A DNA stretch of 64,000 nucleotides from an uncultured Chloroflexia bacterium (GCA_963774265.1 CAVZDU010000007.1:160001-224000), one strand, 5' to 3'; positions 47,724-58,906 are shown, numbered from the stretch's first letter. Notes: a model not told the origin generated them from the sequence alone. A program made the numbers and translations.

Positions 47724-48977
47724 ATGTCTGCGCCCATCAACCCTTTTCAGACCGCCCAACGCCAGCTCGATGAGGCAGCCGAACTGCTGGGCATGGCGCC
47801 AACCCTCCACGCGTTCTTCCGCGAGCCGATGCAGGAGGTCGCTTTTTCGCTTCCGGTGCAGATGGATGATGGAAGCTATGAGGTCTTCAAAGGCTTCCGT
47901 ATCCAATACAACACCGCCCGCGGCCCCGCCAAGGGCGGTATTCGCTTCCATGCCGACGAGACTATTGACACGGTGCGCGCCCTGTCAGCCTGGATGACCT
48001 GGAAAACCGCGCTAGTAGATATCCCCCTCGGAGGCGGTAAGGGGGGTGTCGTCTGCAATCCGAGAAGCCTATCGCGAGCCGAGTTGGAGCGGCTGAGTCG
48101 CGGCTACATGCGCAAGATCGCGCACGTCATCGGGCCGGAGATCGATGTGCCGGCTCCGGACGTCTACACCAACCCACAGATCATGGCCTGGATGTTGGAC
48201 GAATATGAGGTTATCACCGGACGTCATCTGCCGGGCGTGATCACCGGTAAACCAGTCAGTCTATTCGGCTCGCAGGGCCGGGGCGATGCCACGGCGCGCG
48301 GAGGTATGTACACGGTCCGCGAGACCGCCAAGGTGCTGAATCTGGATTTCCAAGGTGCATCGGTGGCGATCCAGGGCTACGGCAATGCCGGGCAGTACGC
48401 CCACCGGCTCGGCGGCGAGCTGCTTGGGCTGAAGACTGTAGCCATCAGTGACTCGCGGGGCGGTATCTACAACCCGAACGGCATCGATTATGAAGCAGCA
48501 GTTGCCTGGAAGAAAGCGACCGGCAGTGTCGTGGGTTTCAAAGACGCCGACGCAGTCGATAACTGTGACCTGCTGGAGTTGCCGGTCACGATCCTCTTGC
48601 CGGCGGCCCTGGAATGCGTGATTACTGCCGAAAACGCACCGCGCATTCGGGCCAAGATCGTGGGCGAGCTGGCCAACGGACCCACGACCCCTGAGGCGGA
48701 TCAAATCCTCTACGAGAACGGAACGTATGTGATCCCCGACTTCCTCTGTAACGCCGGCGGCGTGACGGTGAGCTATTTCGAGCAGGTGCAGAACGCCTAC
48801 AACTTCTACTGGCCGATCGAGGAAGTACATGCTCGCCTGAACACCACCATGACGCGGGCATTCCATCAGGTCCACGAGATGGCCCAAAGCCGGCAGATTC
48901 ACAACCGGTTGGCGGCCTACCTCGTTGCCGTCAAGCGGGTGGCTGACGCGGTGATCCTGCGCGGGTGGCTGGGGTAA
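47724..48977 (+). CDS. gdhA: Glutamate dehydrogenase (Glu/Leu/Phe/Val dehydrogenase family)
   Basis: [54 protein letters not shown]. Confidence 0.93.
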   Translation: MSAPINPFQTAQRQLDEAAELLGMAPTLHAFFREPMQEVAFSLPVQMDDGSYEVFKGFRIQYNTARGPAKGGIRFHADETIDTVRALSAWMTWKTALVDIPLGGGKGGVVCNPRSLSRAELERLSRGYMRKIAHVIGPEIDVPAPDVYTNPQIMAWMLDEYEVITGRHLPGVITGKPVSLFGSQGRGDATARGGMYTVRETAKVLNLDFQGASVAIQGYGNAGQYAHRLGGELLGLKTVAISDSRGGIYNPNGIDYEAAVAWKKATGSVVGFKDADAVDNCDLLELPVTILLPAALECVITAENAPRIRAKIVGELANGPTTPEADQILYENGTYVIPDFLCNAGGVTVSYFEQVQNAYNFYWPIEEVHARLNTTMTRAFHQVHEMAQSRQIHNRLAAYLVAVKRVADAVILRGWLG

Positions 48978-49053
48978 GCAGGACGCACCTTTGTCCGCGC
49001 CGGTGGAGGTGACACGTGCGCAGCCCCTGCCGGCGCCGTCATAGCCCGGCGCA

Positions 49054-49554
49054 TCAGCCCGCCGGGTCGTCCGGGACCACGAATTCAAACGCGCGCAATT
49101 CCTCCTGAATGCCGTGGCCCAGCTCCATGAGGTGGACGGCGTGGGCTTGCAGCGCCCGATCCTCCTCCGTGGTGGGCTCCCACTTTGGCACGGGCGTCGG
49201 GCGCCCTTGGGCGTCGATAGCCACGAACACCATCAGGCAGCTCGTGGTCCGCTCATATTCGCCGTGCATGATGCCGCGGGAGCGGACCTGGACCGCGACG
49301 TGCATGCTCGTGCGCCCGGTATGAATCAGCCGGGCGCGCAGCTCGACAATGTCGCCCACCGACACGGGCTTGTGGAATGTGATGCCGCTGATCGAAATGG
49401 TGACGCAGGGCAGGCCACACCAACTGCCCGCGCACACCCCCCCGGCTTCATCCATCCATTTCATCATCGATCCGCCGTGGACGTTCCCCAGCACGTTCCT
49501 GTGCTCTGCGCCGGCGAGAAAGCGCATGGTGAACTCGCGATCTGTTCCTGGCAT
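49054..49554 (-). CDS. Acyl-CoA thioesterase (hotdog fold, YciA-like)
   Basis: NVLGNVHGGSMMKWMDE, TGRTSM, FVAIDAQGRP. Confidence 0.9.
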   Translation of the reverse strand: MPGTDREFTMRFLAGAEHRNVLGNVHGGSMMKWMDEAGGVCAGSWCGLPCVTISISGITFHKPVSVGDIVELRARLIHTGRTSMHVAVQVRSRGIMHGEYERTTSCLMVFVAIDAQGRPTPVPKWEPTTEEDRALQAHAVHLMELGHGIQEELRAFEFVVPDDPAG

Positions 49555-49626
49555 GGGGCCCTCCTTTGCACACAGCCTATTGTACTCTCTTTCCTCCGCA
49601 CCCGTCAGCGCCCCGCAGCCCTGGAA

Positions 49627-51066
49627 GTAACTGTTCAGCGTTACCCTTGACAGGGTGTGGCATGATTACGACATGACCGGGGATGAAGCGCAAGCCTTTG
49701 GGTATTTGCGAGCGGAGAATGCGGCGTTGCGGCAGCAGTTGGCGCTAGCTGTGGCGCGGATTATCGAGCTAGAGGCGCAACTGAACCAGCGCGGTGAGCC
49801 GCCGCCGTTCGTGAAGCCGAACCGGCCGCAGCCGACGGAGCCCAAGGGGCCGCGGAAAAAGCGGGCGGCGGCGCACAACACGTCCCGGAAGCGGTCGCAG
49901 CCGACGCGGATTGAGCGGCACGTGCTGGAGCATTGTCCGGACTGCGGCTATCGCTTGCGCGGCGAGAGCATCGCCTACACCCGGGAAGTGATCGAGTTAC
50001 CGCCGCCCCAGCCGGTGGACGTGATCGAGCATCAGGTGCTCAAGCGCTGGTGTCCACATTGCGCGACGTGGCACAGCCCGAAGTTGGCTCTGGGCGGTCA
50101 AGTGATTGGGCACGGGCGGATCGGGGTGCGGGTGGCGAGTTTGGTGAGCTATTTGCGCACGACGTTACGGCTGCCGTTTCGTTTGATTCAGAGCTATCTG
50201 GCGACGCTGCACCACTTGCAGTTGAGTGTCGGGGAGATCGTGGAACTGACCCATGCCGTGCGCCAGCAGTTGCAGCCGCAGGCCGATCAGCTCAAGGTGG
50301 CGCTGCAGACCAGCACGGTGACGCATGGGGATGAAACGGGTTGGCGGGAGGCCGGTCAGAACGGCTACGCCTGGGCCTTTGTGACCGCTGGGCCCGCCGC
50401 GGTGCGCTACTTCGAGTTTGCGCACAGCCGGGGTCATCTGATTGCCCAGCGCATTTTGGGCGCTGACTGGCGGGGTTGGTTGGTGACCGACTTCTATGCG
50501 GCTTACAATCTGATCCCCGGGCGCCATCAACGCTGCTGGGTGCATCTGCTGCGCGATCTCCACGACCTCAAACAGGCGCAGGCGGATAACCTGACAGTCG
50601 TACAATGGGCGACCGACGTGCGCCAGCTCTACGACGAGGCCCAGGCCTGGCTCGCAGCACACCCAGCACCGCCGCTGGCGGAACGGCGCACTGCGTACGC
50701 CGACCTTTTCACCCGGGCCTGTCGCTTGGGCGAGCAGTATGCCCTGACCTATGCGCATCCGTGTTGCACCCTGGCCAAACGTTTGCTGCGCCACCAGGAC
50801 GAGTTGTTCCAGTTCATCTTGGTGCCCGGGTTACCAGCCGACAATAATCTGGCCGAGCGCAGCATTCGGCCGTTGGTCATCATGCGCAAGATCAGCGGCG
50901 GCTCCCGCAGTGAGGAGGGCACGAAAACGCGCTTGACCTTGGCCAGCTTGCTCCATACTTGGGCCGCCCGCAACCTCAATCCGTTTCTGGAATGCTATGC
51001 GGCCCTCCGGCAACCGACCGCCACCGCACCTCCATAAACTTCCTTACCCGAACGGTGAACACTTAC
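49627..51066 (+). mobile_element. IS66 family element, single-ORF (ISBst12-group-like), 1440 bp
   Basis: IRs GTAACTGTTCAGCGTT / GTAAGTGTTCACCGTT (reverse complement of right end). 8-bp target duplication CCCTGGAA at 49619-49626 and 51067-51074. Confidence 0.93.
49655..51037 (+). CDS. tnpC: IS66 family transposase TnpC (start may be ATG 49673)
   Basis: Coiled coil, CPDC...CPHC, HGDETGW, VTDFYAAY, HQRCWVHLLR, DNNLAERSIR. Confidence 0.92.
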   Translation: MWHDYDMTGDEAQAFGYLRAENAALRQQLALAVARIIELEAQLNQRGEPPPFVKPNRPQPTEPKGPRKKRAAAHNTSRKRSQPTRIERHVLEHCPDCGYRLRGESIAYTREVIELPPPQPVDVIEHQVLKRWCPHCATWHSPKLALGGQVIGHGRIGVRVASLVSYLRTTLRLPFRLIQSYLATLHHLQLSVGEIVELTHAVRQQLQPQADQLKVALQTSTVTHGDETGWREAGQNGYAWAFVTAGPAAVRYFEFAHSRGHLIAQRILGADWRGWLVTDFYAAYNLIPGRHQRCWVHLLRDLHDLKQAQADNLTVVQWATDVRQLYDEAQAWLAAHPAPPLAERRTAYADLFTRACRLGEQYALTYAHPCCTLAKRLLRHQDELFQFILVPGLPADNNLAERSIRPLVIMRKISGGSRSEEGTKTRLTLASLLHTWAARNLNPFLECYAALRQPTATAPP

Positions 51067-51144
51067 CCCTGGAACTGACTTTGCTGCAAGGCCGTCACAC
51101 AAGTACAATACAGCAGGTGGCTGACCAGAGAAGGGAGGGCCCGC

Positions 51145-53502
51145 GTGAACCCTAGGCGTGTGTCGGTGTTGGTTGCCTTGACGCTAGCGATGGTGTTGGG
51201 CGCGTGCTCGGCGCAGGAGAGAGAAACCAGTTTGCCCCGCATCCTCGTGCCCACTGAGACGGCGGTCCCAGGGACACCGAGCCCCGCGAGCCGCACGAGT
51301 CCCGAGCCGGGTGTGCTGCCTGGGCCGTCCGATTCGCCCATACCGCAGCCTTCGCCGAATGCATCATCTGCGTTGCGGCTCACGCTGCTGGCGCCAACCG
51401 CATCCGCAACCGGCACAACGCCTGCCCTTTCATCTACGGCCTCACCGCCACAGGTCACACTCTCCCCGTTCGCATCTGTCACGATATCTGTCGCCGGGAA
51501 CGCCGCGGCGGTGCAGACCCAGGCAACCCTGAGTTTGCCGCTGCTGGTTGATAGCCAGCACGGGCGTCTTTATGCGCTGGCTCAGATCGGCCCTGACGGT
51601 CCACGACACATCGCGGTCTTTGCGGCGCGCGATGGCCGTTCCTTGGCGACATACGACAACGGTGGACCGTTTGCGCTGGATGCTGCGGCCGACCGGCTCT
51701 TTGTGGATCGCGGCGCGGCCGGGCTGACCGTGCTCCAGGCCTCGACCGGCGAAATCCTGCGCACCTTTGACGTCCATGGTCCCACAGCGCAGTATGGCGA
51801 CAACCCCGCGCCGCATTTCGATGTCGCCACGAACCAGGTGCTGGCATTCCGGGGCCAAACGCTTTACGCCATCGACAGTGAGACGGGCGAGGTGGCCCGC
51901 ACGGTCGACTTTGACTTGCGCCCCCAGGACAACTGCCGTGAGCCCCATGATGCCCGGCTTCCGGTCATGCGTTCATTCTACGACCCGATCCACCGACTCC
52001 TCTACCTGGATTTCGTGACCTATTCCTGCATCCCCTGGATTGGCCTCACCAATGTTTCGTATGACATGGCTCGAGGGGTCGAAATCGCGCGCCAGGGCAG
52101 CAGTTCTTATTCGGGCCTGGCCGCGGGCGGACGTTTCTACGCAATGAGTTGGTATCGGTTCGGCATCGGCACGATCTGGACGGAGCGAGATGGGCTTCCC
52201 GGGCAGGGCAGCACCGGTTGGAGCAGCGGCTCGGCATTCCAACTCGACGCCGGTCGGGGAAAACTGTATCAAAGCGCCGAAGGCAGCCTTCGCATCTTTG
52301 ATGCTGATAATATGACCCTTCGAGCCGTGGCGCCGCAGCCTGTCGCGGGCGAGCTGGCCGCCTACGATGAGACGACGGATCAGCTGTATTTTGTGCATGG
52401 CGGGGCCGTAAGGACCTGGCCGGCCAGTGACCTCCAATCGACGACGGCTACACCCATGCTTGCGGCAACTCCGCCAGGCGAACCTGTGCGCCTGTTGGTT
52501 CCATCGCCGGGATGGAGCCAGGACAACACCCTGTTCGCCGTCTGGGCGCCGGCATGGCCTGAGACAACGTGCTATGTCTTCAATCAGTCCGGCGGCGTGC
52601 TATTGCTGAGCAAGGACAGGGGCCTGCGCTGGCAAAGCAGCCAGACGGGGCTGCCCGGTGTGTGCGGGCAGACTTCCGCGCTGGCCCTCTCACCGGCTTA
52701 TGCGCAGGACCAGACGATCCTGGCGGCGGTCAAGGGCAACGGCGTTTTCAGATCGACTGACGGCGGCGAACACTGGCAGCCGGCAGGGGCAGGGCTTCCC
52801 CACATGGGGGTGCGCGACCTGGCTTTCTCGCCCGGCTTCGCGGCTGATCGCACGGCCTTTGCAATTGTGCCGGAGAACGGTCTGCAGCGGAGCACCGACG
52901 CAGGTGTTTCGTGGCGGACCTTGAATACGCCTTCAGCTTTGCTAATGGCACTCTCATCTGAGTTCGATCGTGATGGCACAGTGGCGATCTATGCCGCCAG
53001 GGACGCGGCCGGCATGGTGCAGTTCTCAGAGGATCGTGGCGACCACTGGCGCGACGCGACGGGTCCCGTTCCCGGGGAGGGGGGGCTGCGTTTGTTGAGC
53101 CTGGCGCCAGCCTTTGCCCGCTGGCGGGTGATGTTCGCACTGGATAGCGCCGGCGATCTTTATCGCAGCGCGGACAGCGGCGGTTCGTGGCAGCCGGTGC
53201 TCGAGACCGGCGGCGCCCAAGCCGAGCGGGCCATGATTGTCTACGGTCCGGACGAGGCGCAGCGCACTGTCTTCCTGCTTGTAACCGGCACACGGTACGA
53301 GGGAGAGAGTCGGCGTGCCTTGGGTGACCTGTTCCGCTCGACCGATGGCGGGCAAAGCTGGTCTGCGATCGATTTCGGTGCGGGTCTCATACCGGCGGCC
53401 CTCGCAATTTCGCCGTCTTTCGCGGAGGATGGTCTGATCTTGCTTGGTGCGGCCGATGGCCGCGTGTTGAACGTTCGAGGGTTGGATCTGCCGGCCCGAT
53501 GA
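51145..53502 (+). CDS. Large lipoprotein with YncE/YVTN-like propeller and BNR repeats
   Basis: Lipobox LGAC, Pro/Ser/Thr linker, repeats SKDRGLRW, STDGGEHW, STDAGVSW, SADSGGSW, SPAYAQDQT. Confidence 0.78.
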   Translation: MNPRRVSVLVALTLAMVLGACSAQERETSLPRILVPTETAVPGTPSPASRTSPEPGVLPGPSDSPIPQPSPNASSALRLTLLAPTASATGTTPALSSTASPPQVTLSPFASVTISVAGNAAAVQTQATLSLPLLVDSQHGRLYALAQIGPDGPRHIAVFAARDGRSLATYDNGGPFALDAAADRLFVDRGAAGLTVLQASTGEILRTFDVHGPTAQYGDNPAPHFDVATNQVLAFRGQTLYAIDSETGEVARTVDFDLRPQDNCREPHDARLPVMRSFYDPIHRLLYLDFVTYSCIPWIGLTNVSYDMARGVEIARQGSSSYSGLAAGGRFYAMSWYRFGIGTIWTERDGLPGQGSTGWSSGSAFQLDAGRGKLYQSAEGSLRIFDADNMTLRAVAPQPVAGELAAYDETTDQLYFVHGGAVRTWPASDLQSTTATPMLAATPPGEPVRLLVPSPGWSQDNTLFAVWAPAWPETTCYVFNQSGGVLLLSKDRGLRWQSSQTGLPGVCGQTSALALSPAYAQDQTILAAVKGNGVFRSTDGGEHWQPAGAGLPHMGVRDLAFSPGFAADRTAFAIVPENGLQRSTDAGVSWRTLNTPSALLMALSSEFDRDGTVAIYAARDAAGMVQFSEDRGDHWRDATGPVPGEGGLRLLSLAPAFARWRVMFALDSAGDLYRSADSGGSWQPVLETGGAQAERAMIVYGPDEAQRTVFLLVTGTRYEGESRRALGDLFRSTDGGQSWSAIDFGAGLIPAALAISPSFAEDGLILLGAADGRVLNVRGLDLPAR

Positions 53503-53618
53503 TGCTGTTGCTTCAAGGCAGCAGAACCACCAGGTCGCGTCGGCCCCCGTACCAAGAGCGCATCGCGAAAAAGCTAGCCGAGCGTGGGATTTTGGTGATT
53601 CGCTTGTTTGTGCCTTTG

Positions 53619-53648
53619 TTGACAGGCCAGGAAGTGTTTGTGTATAAT
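53619..53648 (+). promoter_or_regulatory. Consensus sigma70 promoter of the LacI operon
   Basis: TTGACA (53619-53624), 18 bp, TATAAT (53643-53648). Confidence 0.75.
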
Positions 53649-53651
53649 CAC

Positions 53652-53676
53652 TGTGAGCGGTGCCGTGAGCGATCAT
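53652..53676 (+). promoter_or_regulatory. Candidate LacI-family operator(s) at the transcription start
   Basis: TGTGAGCGG and near-palindrome GTGAGCGATCAT, lacO-like with central CG, directly after the -10 box. Confidence 0.55.
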
Positions 53677-53716
53677 GGCGCCCCCAGCACCCTCCTATCC
53701 GTCGCGAGGCACAAGG

Positions 53717-54715
53717 ATGTCGTTTCGCCCCACCATTGCTGATGTTGCGCGTGAAGCCGGGGTTTCCCGCCAAACGGTTTCTCGCGCGCTCAACAACAAG
53801 GGAGAAATCAGCAGCGACACCCTCCATCGCGTCCGCGAGGTCATTGAACGGCTTGATTATCGTCCCAGCAGCATTGCGCGCGGCCTGGCCACCCACCGCA
53901 CCCTGACCATCGGCCTGGTCGTCCCGGATATCGCCAATCCGTTCTTTGCTGATATAGGTCGTGGGGCGGATGATGCTGCCCACGCGGCCGGCTACAGCCT
54001 TCTGCTCTGCAATACTGTTGAAGACCCGGGCCGTGAAGCAGCTCTCTTGCGCTTGCTCGAGCAGCGCGACGTCGATGGCGTCGTGCTGTGCAGCTCGCGG
54101 CTGCCTGAAGACGAGCTTGCCGACCTGGTGAACCATCATGCCGCCGCCGTCTTGGTCAATCGCATCTTGCCCGGTCATAGCTCGGTCTGCGTCGATGATT
54201 CCTGGGGCGCGGGTGTCATGGTGCGCCATCTCCTGGCTGGCGGCCGCCGCACGATCGGCTGCCTGGCTGGCCCATCGATTTCCTATAGCGGCCGGGAGAG
54301 GGCGCGCGGATACGCTGAGGCGATGACTGCCGCAGGCCGCGATTCGGCCCCTGCGCTGACCGTCCGTTGCCCCAGTCTCGACCTGGAGGGCGGACGCCGC
54401 GCCGCACTGTCGTTGCTATTCGAGCGGCCCAATGTGGACGCGATTGTCTGTCATAACGACCTGGTCGCGTTGGGCGCACTTCGCGCTTGCGCCGAGCTGG
54501 GCCGTCGTGTGCCGCAGGATGTGGCGGTCGCGGGTGCGGACGATATCATGCTAGCCGCCCTCGTCACGCCATCGTTGACCACCTTGCGAATCGACCGATT
54601 GGCACTCGGCGCAATAGCATCACAAATGTTGCTCAATCAGCTTGGCGGGACTTTGGACGGCTGCATCAACCAACTTTTGCGGCCGGAGTTGGTTGTGCGC
54701 GAAAGCGCACCCTGA
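53717..54715 (+). CDS. LacI family transcriptional regulator
   Basis: TIADVAREAGVSRQTVSRALN, YRPSSIARGL, PDIANPFF, PSLTT, LVVRES. Confidence 0.95.
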   Translation: MSFRPTIADVAREAGVSRQTVSRALNNKGEISSDTLHRVREVIERLDYRPSSIARGLATHRTLTIGLVVPDIANPFFADIGRGADDAAHAAGYSLLLCNTVEDPGREAALLRLLEQRDVDGVVLCSSRLPEDELADLVNHHAAAVLVNRILPGHSSVCVDDSWGAGVMVRHLLAGGRRTIGCLAGPSISYSGRERARGYAEAMTAAGRDSAPALTVRCPSLDLEGGRRAALSLLFERPNVDAIVCHNDLVALGALRACAELGRRVPQDVAVAGADDIMLAALVTPSLTTLRIDRLALGAIASQMLLNQLGGTLDGCINQLLRPELVVRESAP

Positions 54716-54752
54716 CAACTGCCGGTTGAGCATTCGGTTATCGGAGCACCAC

Positions 54753-55583
54753 ATGAATTTACTGATCAAAGGCGCTGGGTTCCAGGAGGGATACTGCATG
54801 ATTGCAGGACCTGCGAACGGCTACCTGCGGATGCTGGAATTCGGTCGCCTTGGCGTAGTTCGGGGCAGTCTATACGAGGGCGACACCGGCGACCAGGAAG
54901 CGGTCTTCGACGTTATCTCCGGCGCATGTAAGGTCGAAATTGCAGGCGGTGAGACTTTCGACACGGTGGGTGGGCGACGCGATCCGTTCTCCACCGGTCC
55001 GACCCTGATCTGCCTGCCGCCCCGCACAACTTACCGCTTTACCCCGCTCACCGCCACTATTGACATGGCGGTCTCGTTGACGCCGGCCGACCCTGGATTG
55101 CCGGCGGCGATCCTCGGCCCCAACGACATACCCGAACAGCGGGCCGGCGCGGCCAACTGGTCGCGCACCATCCGACCCGGCACGAGTGTGGCGCCAACAA
55201 CACGGCGTTTGATGATGGCCGAGACCCTGGTGGGGGCCGGCAATTGGACATCGTATCCGCCACACAAGCATGATGCTGAGAATCCGCCGAACGAATCAAT
55301 CTATGAAGAGGTCTATTTCTACCTCTTCAAGCCGGCGGGCGGCTACGGCTTCCAGCGCGTCTACGAGCCGGGCGACGATCCGGGACGGCTCAACGAAGTG
55401 TATGTCGTGGAAGACGGCGATGCCGTGGCTATCCCGAGGGGTTATCATCCGCTCGTGGCCGCGGCCGGCTATCAGTTATGCTATATCTGGGCGCTGTGCG
55501 GCGTGAACCGCACCTATGGCGCCTGGAGTGATGATCCGGCCCACGTGTGGATTCGCGGCGCCGAGGCGATCATCAACAGATAA
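54753..55583 (+). CDS. iolB: 5-deoxy-glucuronate isomerase (IolB family)
   Basis: GNWTSYPPHKHD, EEVYFY, GYGFQRVY, IPRGYHP, DDPAHVW. Confidence 0.9.
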   Translation: MNLLIKGAGFQEGYCMIAGPANGYLRMLEFGRLGVVRGSLYEGDTGDQEAVFDVISGACKVEIAGGETFDTVGGRRDPFSTGPTLICLPPRTTYRFTPLTATIDMAVSLTPADPGLPAAILGPNDIPEQRAGAANWSRTIRPGTSVAPTTRRLMMAETLVGAGNWTSYPPHKHDAENPPNESIYEEVYFYLFKPAGGYGFQRVYEPGDDPGRLNEVYVVEDGDAVAIPRGYHPLVAAAGYQLCYIWALCGVNRTYGAWSDDPAHVWIRGAEAIINR

Positions 55584-55682
55584 CCAGCCAGACGGTGGAA
55601 CGTGGATCTGGTCGGACGATGAGTAGGTCGGCCAGGTTGCACGAAACTCATTTCGTGGATAACATCTCGGGAGGGAGTTCGG

Positions 55683-56576
55683 ATGAAGATCGTCTGCGCC
55701 TGGATGTACGCTATCGGGAAATACGGCTTTCCGCCAAAACCAGCGGATATGTTTCAGGCGATCTCCGAGATGGGGGCGCTCGGTTTCGAGTACGTGGAAC
55801 TGGAGGGCGTCGGCTTCGAGAATCTGGCCGCGATCGTTGATAACCGCGAGCAGTTCAGGGAAGCGTTGCGGCAGGCGGGCGTCAAACTCTCGAACTTCGC
55901 CATCATCCTGCCCGAAGTCGTTAGCGAAGCCCCCGCAATCTCCGGTCCGGCCCTTGCGGCGTTTGCCGAGGGCGTCCGTACCGCCGCGTACCTGGGATCG
56001 CCCAACGTCTGGGTGGACAGCTATTTCCCGCCGGTCGAAGTCGTTAGCGGCACGCTGATGACCGACGCGATCGTCTTCGGCCAGCAGACGCGCATCCGCA
56101 TTCCGCCGGGATTCAACTGGCCGCGGTTCTGGGAACATTACGTAGGGGTCATGAAGCAGTGCACGCGCATCGCCCGTGAGAACGGCGTGAAGCTCCTGGT
56201 GGAACCGCGCGTGGGCGAGCTGACCTCGAACAGTGAAGCGCTGATGCGCTTACTGGATGCGGTCGACGACGACAATCTCGGCGTGATCCTGGATACCGCA
56301 CACCAGCACGCGCAGAAGGAAATGCTTCCCCTCAGCGTCGAAAAGCTAGGGAAGCGCATCCGCTATGTGCATGTTGCGGACAACGACGGGCTCGTGAACC
56401 GTCACTTCCCGCCAGGCCAGGGCAACATCGACTGGGACGAGACCTTCCTTGCACTCAAGCGCCAGGGATTTGATGGTTTCTACGCCATCGATCTCGAGCG
56501 ACTTCCCGACCTCGAGCAGCGCTTCCTGGATGTCAAACGCTTCCTGGAAGAGCGGGCCAAGGAGTTGGGATTGTAG
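55683..56576 (+). CDS. Sugar phosphate isomerase/epimerase (xylose-isomerase-like TIM barrel)
   Basis: GFEYVEL, LLVEP, LDTAH, YVHVADNDG..NRH..PGQGNIDW. Confidence 0.85.
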   Translation: MKIVCAWMYAIGKYGFPPKPADMFQAISEMGALGFEYVELEGVGFENLAAIVDNREQFREALRQAGVKLSNFAIILPEVVSEAPAISGPALAAFAEGVRTAAYLGSPNVWVDSYFPPVEVVSGTLMTDAIVFGQQTRIRIPPGFNWPRFWEHYVGVMKQCTRIARENGVKLLVEPRVGELTSNSEALMRLLDAVDDDNLGVILDTAHQHAQKEMLPLSVEKLGKRIRYVHVADNDGLVNRHFPPGQGNIDWDETFLALKRQGFDGFYAIDLERLPDLEQRFLDVKRFLEERAKELGL

Positions 56577-56734
56577 GGAGGAGCTTACGCACCGAAACAG
56601 TGCGGTCAGCGCGCCGTCGAGGGAAAAAACCATGACGGCGACCGAAAGGAGGGGTTCTGCAACAACGAATAATCTGTCAACTGTTCACTGATGTTTTCGC
56701 TGCTCACCATAAATCACTTTCAGGGAGGAAAGGT

Positions 56735-58838
56735 ATGTCATCTCGTATTCGGCATAACAGCCTGCTTACAGTGCTGAGCATCCTGTTGATCCTGTCATTC
56801 GCACTCTCAGGGTGTTCCACTCCCGCGCCGGCCGCCCCCACCGCAGCCCCGGCACAGCCCACCGCGGTCCCGGCTGCACCCGAACCGACCAAGGCGCCCG
56901 AGCCCACCGCGGTCCCGGCTGCACCCGAACCGACCAAGGCTCCCGAACCGACCAAGGCTCCCGAACCCACTGCGGTCCCCGAGCCGACCAGCAAGTACAA
57001 AGAAGCGCCCATGCTGGCCGAATTGGTGAAGGCCGGCACGCTACCGCCCGTGGACGAGCGCCTGCCTGAGAATCCGTACGTCATCGAGGCCCCTGAAATC
57101 GGCCTGTATGGCGGCATCTGGCATCGCGGCTTCGTTGGCCCGTCCGACCGCAACGGACTGATCCGAATTGTCAACGACGGCCTGGTCCGGTTCTCAATTG
57201 ATGGGGCCAGCGTCGAGATGAAGTACGCGGAGAGCGTCACACCCGAACGACAAATTCACTGAATGGACCATCAAGCTGCGCAAGGGCAGCAGGTGGTCCG
57301 ACGGGGAGCCGTTCACCGCGGACGATATCATGTTCTGGTACAACGACGTGGTGCACAACAAGGAGCTGAAGCCGTCTATTCCGTCCTGGCTGCTGAATAA
57401 GGACGGCACCGAGGTCAAGGTCGAGAAGGTGGATGACCTGTCCGTGAGTTTTACTTTCGGTGCGCCGCAGACGCTGTTCCTGCAGGAAATCGCGCAGAAG
57501 GATGCCGGCGATAAGGAATACCCGATGTTCCTGCCCGCGCACTACCTGAAGCAGTTCCATGCGTCCTATGCGAGCAAGGCCGACCTGGATAAGGCGGTCG
57601 CGGATGCCGGTGTGAAGACCTGGGGCGAGCTGTTCTACCTGCGCCAGGACCAGTTCGATAACCCGGACCGCCCGGTGATGGCCGCGTGGGTGGCTACCAA
57701 TCGCTACAGCGAGCAGATCCTCATCATGAAGCGGAATCCCTACTACGTGGGAGTGGATACGGCGGGCAACCAGCTTCCGTACATGGACGAGATCCAGGTG
57801 AAGTTCTTCGCAGACAAAGCCGCTCTGAACCTGGCTGCCATCGCCGGCGAACTCGACGAGCAAGAGCGCCACATCGACCTGGCCAACTATCCGGTCCTCA
57901 AGGAAGAAGAGGCGAAGTCCGGCAAGTACAAGATCTACCTCTGGTCCAGCACAGGCGGCGAGGAAGCCGGCGTGGTCTTCAACCTGACCTACCAGGGGGA
58001 CAAGGAACTGACGGCCATGTGGACGCAGTTGGACTTCCGCAAGGCGGTCTCCTACGCCATCAACCGGCCAGAAATCCAGGAATCGATCTTCCTGGGCACG
58101 GGCGAGCCGCGCCAGGGCATCATCAAGAAGGGTAGTCCCTGGTATCCCGGCGACGAGTGGGCCTACAAGTACACCGAGTACAAGCCGGATGAGTCCAACA
58201 AACTGCTGGATGCGCTCGGCTACACTAAGCGAGACGCCGAAGGGTATCGCCTGCTGCCCAGCGGCAAGCGGGTCGGCTTCGAGCTCTCAGCGGTTCCCGC
58301 CCTGGGCGCTTATGTCCTCGTCGCCGAATTGGTGGTTGCGGACCTGAAGAAGGTCGGCATCTGGGTCGACCTCCAGGTCCGCGAGCGCGACCTGCACTTC
58401 CAGATGCGCCAGGCCAACGAGCTGCAGGCCGAGGTGTGGAACCAGGACTCGGCGGGCACCATGTTCAGCGGGTCGACCAAGTTCGACATCCGGCTGCCTC
58501 TCTACGGCAACCTGACCTACGGTCCGCTGTGGAAGAACTGGTACGACACGGGCGGCAAGGAAGGCGTGGAGCCGCCGGCGCCGTGGAAGCAGATCGTCGA
58601 GCTCCAGGACGAGGCCAAGACCGTTGGCGCGGACCGGCAGGCGGAGATCGCCCAGGAAATCTTCAAGATCTGGGTGGATAACCTGTACGACATCGGCACG
58701 GTCGGCCTGACGGCTATGGACCAGGGCGTCGCCGTGGTCAACGCCAAGCTACACAACGTACCCGAGAACCTGACCAAGGACTGGGCGCTGCGCACGCCTG
58801 GAAACGGCAAGCCCGAGGTCTGGTTCTTCGCTCAGTAA
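56735..58838 (+). CDS. ABC transporter substrate-binding lipoprotein, family 5 (+1 frameshift near 57243)
   Basis: Lipobox LSGC, EAPMLAELVKAGTLPPVDERLP. Removing one C joins to KFTEWTIKLRKGSRWSDGEPFTADDIMF and RNPYY...GNQLPYMD. Confidence 0.88.
56856..56990 (+). repeat. Coding tandem repeats (45-bp and 18-bp units) in the PTAVPAAPEPTKAPE tether
   Basis: 40 identical bp at 56856 and 56901, followed by shorter CCCGAACCGACCAAGGCT-type units. Confidence 0.8.
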
Positions 58839-58863
58839 GTATCACTCTACCTGAGTCGAGGCT

Positions 58864-58906
58864 CACCTGCACTGCGCCTGAATCAGCGGCAGGCGCAGTG
58901 CAGGTG
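58864..58906. repeat. Perfect 17-bp inverted repeat after the SBP gene (REP-like or mRNA-stabilising hairpin)
   Basis: CACCTGCACTGCGCCTG ... CAGGCGCAGTGCAGGTG. Confidence 0.65.

Noticed and set aside
56856-56990. Tandem repeats as a CRISPR or non-coding array
   Set aside because: They are in-frame coding repeats for a Pro/Ala/Thr lipoprotein tether with no unique spacers. No cas genes are in the window.
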